This document shows, one piece after another, positions 63,038 through 64,000 of a stretch of DNA of 64,000 nucleotides. Source of the stretch: Antedon mediterranea (taxonomy: Eukaryota; Animalia; Echinodermata); contig NC_092673.1 of the NCBI RefSeq assembly GCF_964355755.1, positions 34,531,648-34,595,647 on the forward strand. The letters run 5' to 3'. Positions within the stretch are counted from its first letter, which is position 1. Each line of letters begins with the position of its first letter. The translations under genes were made by a program, and so were the position numbers. The notes under the pieces are model-generated. The model saw nothing but the letters and a program-made list of their open reading frames with translations. It did no database searches and was not told the origin of the DNA.

Positions 63038-64000
63038 AACGTTATCGTGCTTGTGTTTGTATTTGCATATGAACGAAATGGTACGATTTTGTTTGTGACA
63101 GAAACAATAGACAATACTGTTGCCAAGCTTTAAGCTTGCTGTAATGATAAATTCGGTTAAAAAGATAGTAACTGAAAAAACGTTTTGTATATTAAAATGG
63201 TATACGATAAAAATGAAGGCACTGCCCGGATTTGAACCATGAATCTCCTGTTTACAAGACAAGTGCTTTAACCACTAAGCCACAGCGCCTTGCTGTAATG
63301 CTGACTACCTTAAAAAAAAAATAACTGAAAAACCTTTTGTATATTAAAATGGTATACAATAAAAATAAAGGCACTGCCCGGATTTGAACCGGGGATCTCC
63401 TGTTTACTAGACGCTAAGCCACAGCGCCTTACTGTAATGCTGAATTACGTTAAGAAAAATAATAACTTAAAAAGTTTTTGTATATTAAAATGGTATACAA
63501 TAAAAATCAAGGCAGTGCCCGGATTTGAACCGGGGATCTCCTGTTTACTAGACAGGCGCTTTAACCGCTAAGCCACAGCGCCTTACTGTAGTTTTGAATT
63601 ACGTTAACAAAATAATAATGAAAAAACATTTTGTATATTAAAATGGTATACGATAGAAATGAAGGCCCTGCCCGGATTTGAACCGGGGATCTCTTGTTTA
63701 CAAGACAGGCGCTTTAACCGCAAAGCCACAGCGCCTTACTGTAGTTTTGAATTACGTTAACAAAATAATAATGAAAAAACATTTTGTATATTAAAATGGT
63801 ATACGATAAAAATGAAGGCCCTGCCCGGATTTGAACCAGGGATCTCCTGTTTACAAGACAGGCGCTTTAACCGCTAAGCCACAGCGCCTTACTGTAGTTT
63901 TGAATTACGTTAACAAAATAATAATGAAAAAAAATTTTGTATATTAAAATGGTATACGATAAAAATGAAGGCCCTGCCCGGATTTGAACCGGGGATCTCC

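Larger units (their letters stand above)
58120..63126 (-). mobile_element. Two-ORF CR1-group (Crack/Daphne-like) LINE, ~5.0 kb, inserted in a tRNA-Thr unit
   Basis: TSD GCTTT at 58115-58119 and 63127-63131; ~89-nt 5' leader; ORF1 and ORF2 separated by 10 nt; 3' UTR stem-loop at 58206-58253; AATAAA + (TGAAA)-type tail. Clade is inferred from motifs and tail. Confidence 0.92.
36390..64000 (-). repeat. Tandem tRNA-Thr array, ~153-bp unit, roughly 150 copies, continuing beyond the window
   Basis: Unit = 73-nt tRNA-Thr + ~80-nt AT-rich spacer containing a T-run terminator; anticodons AGT and TGT, 3 copies TCT; many units carry stem mismatches or deletions; interrupted by a LINE at 58120-63126. 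Confidence 0.97.

Noticed and set aside
63038-63262. 75-aa N-terminal extension of the 611-aa ORF
   Set aside because: It runs out of the element through the TSD into a spacer and tRNA and has no ATG start; the likely start is ATG 63037.
36390-64000. CRISPR-like repeat/spacer appearance
   Set aside because: The spacers are homologous to one another, the conserved part is a tRNA, no cas genes are present and the context is eukaryotic.

Overview
AT-rich, intron-rich animal (probably invertebrate) genomic DNA. It holds two convergent spliced genes that the ORF track largely misses: the last 8 coding exons of a CCDC149 orthologue (+, 1763-13766) and a 24-exon prominin-family gene (-, 35844-16147; signal-peptide exon not found). 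Their introns carry four satellites (64, 17, ~61 and 46 bp units), an intact single-ORF L2-type LINE whose 5' and 3' ends are complementary, two inverted TTAA-flanked (Kolobok-like) DNA elements bracketing two exons, small MITEs, a tRNA-derived SINE, several truncated retro-insertions (two sitting on splice donors) and two perfect tRNA-Thr(AGT) genes. From ~36.4 kb to the window end lies a tandem array of roughly 150 ~153-bp tRNA-Thr units (AGT and TGT anticodons, many decayed, organised in higher-order repeats). One unit is interrupted by an intact 5.0-kb two-ORF CR1-group LINE whose ORF1 starts with an RNase H1-type RNA:DNA hybrid-binding (Cauli_VI) domain, followed by a coiled coil and an SGNH esterase-like domain. 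That element and its setting are the best candidate for an undescribed system. All calls come from manual reading and remembered family motifs; no searches were run, and copy numbers are length/unit estimates.
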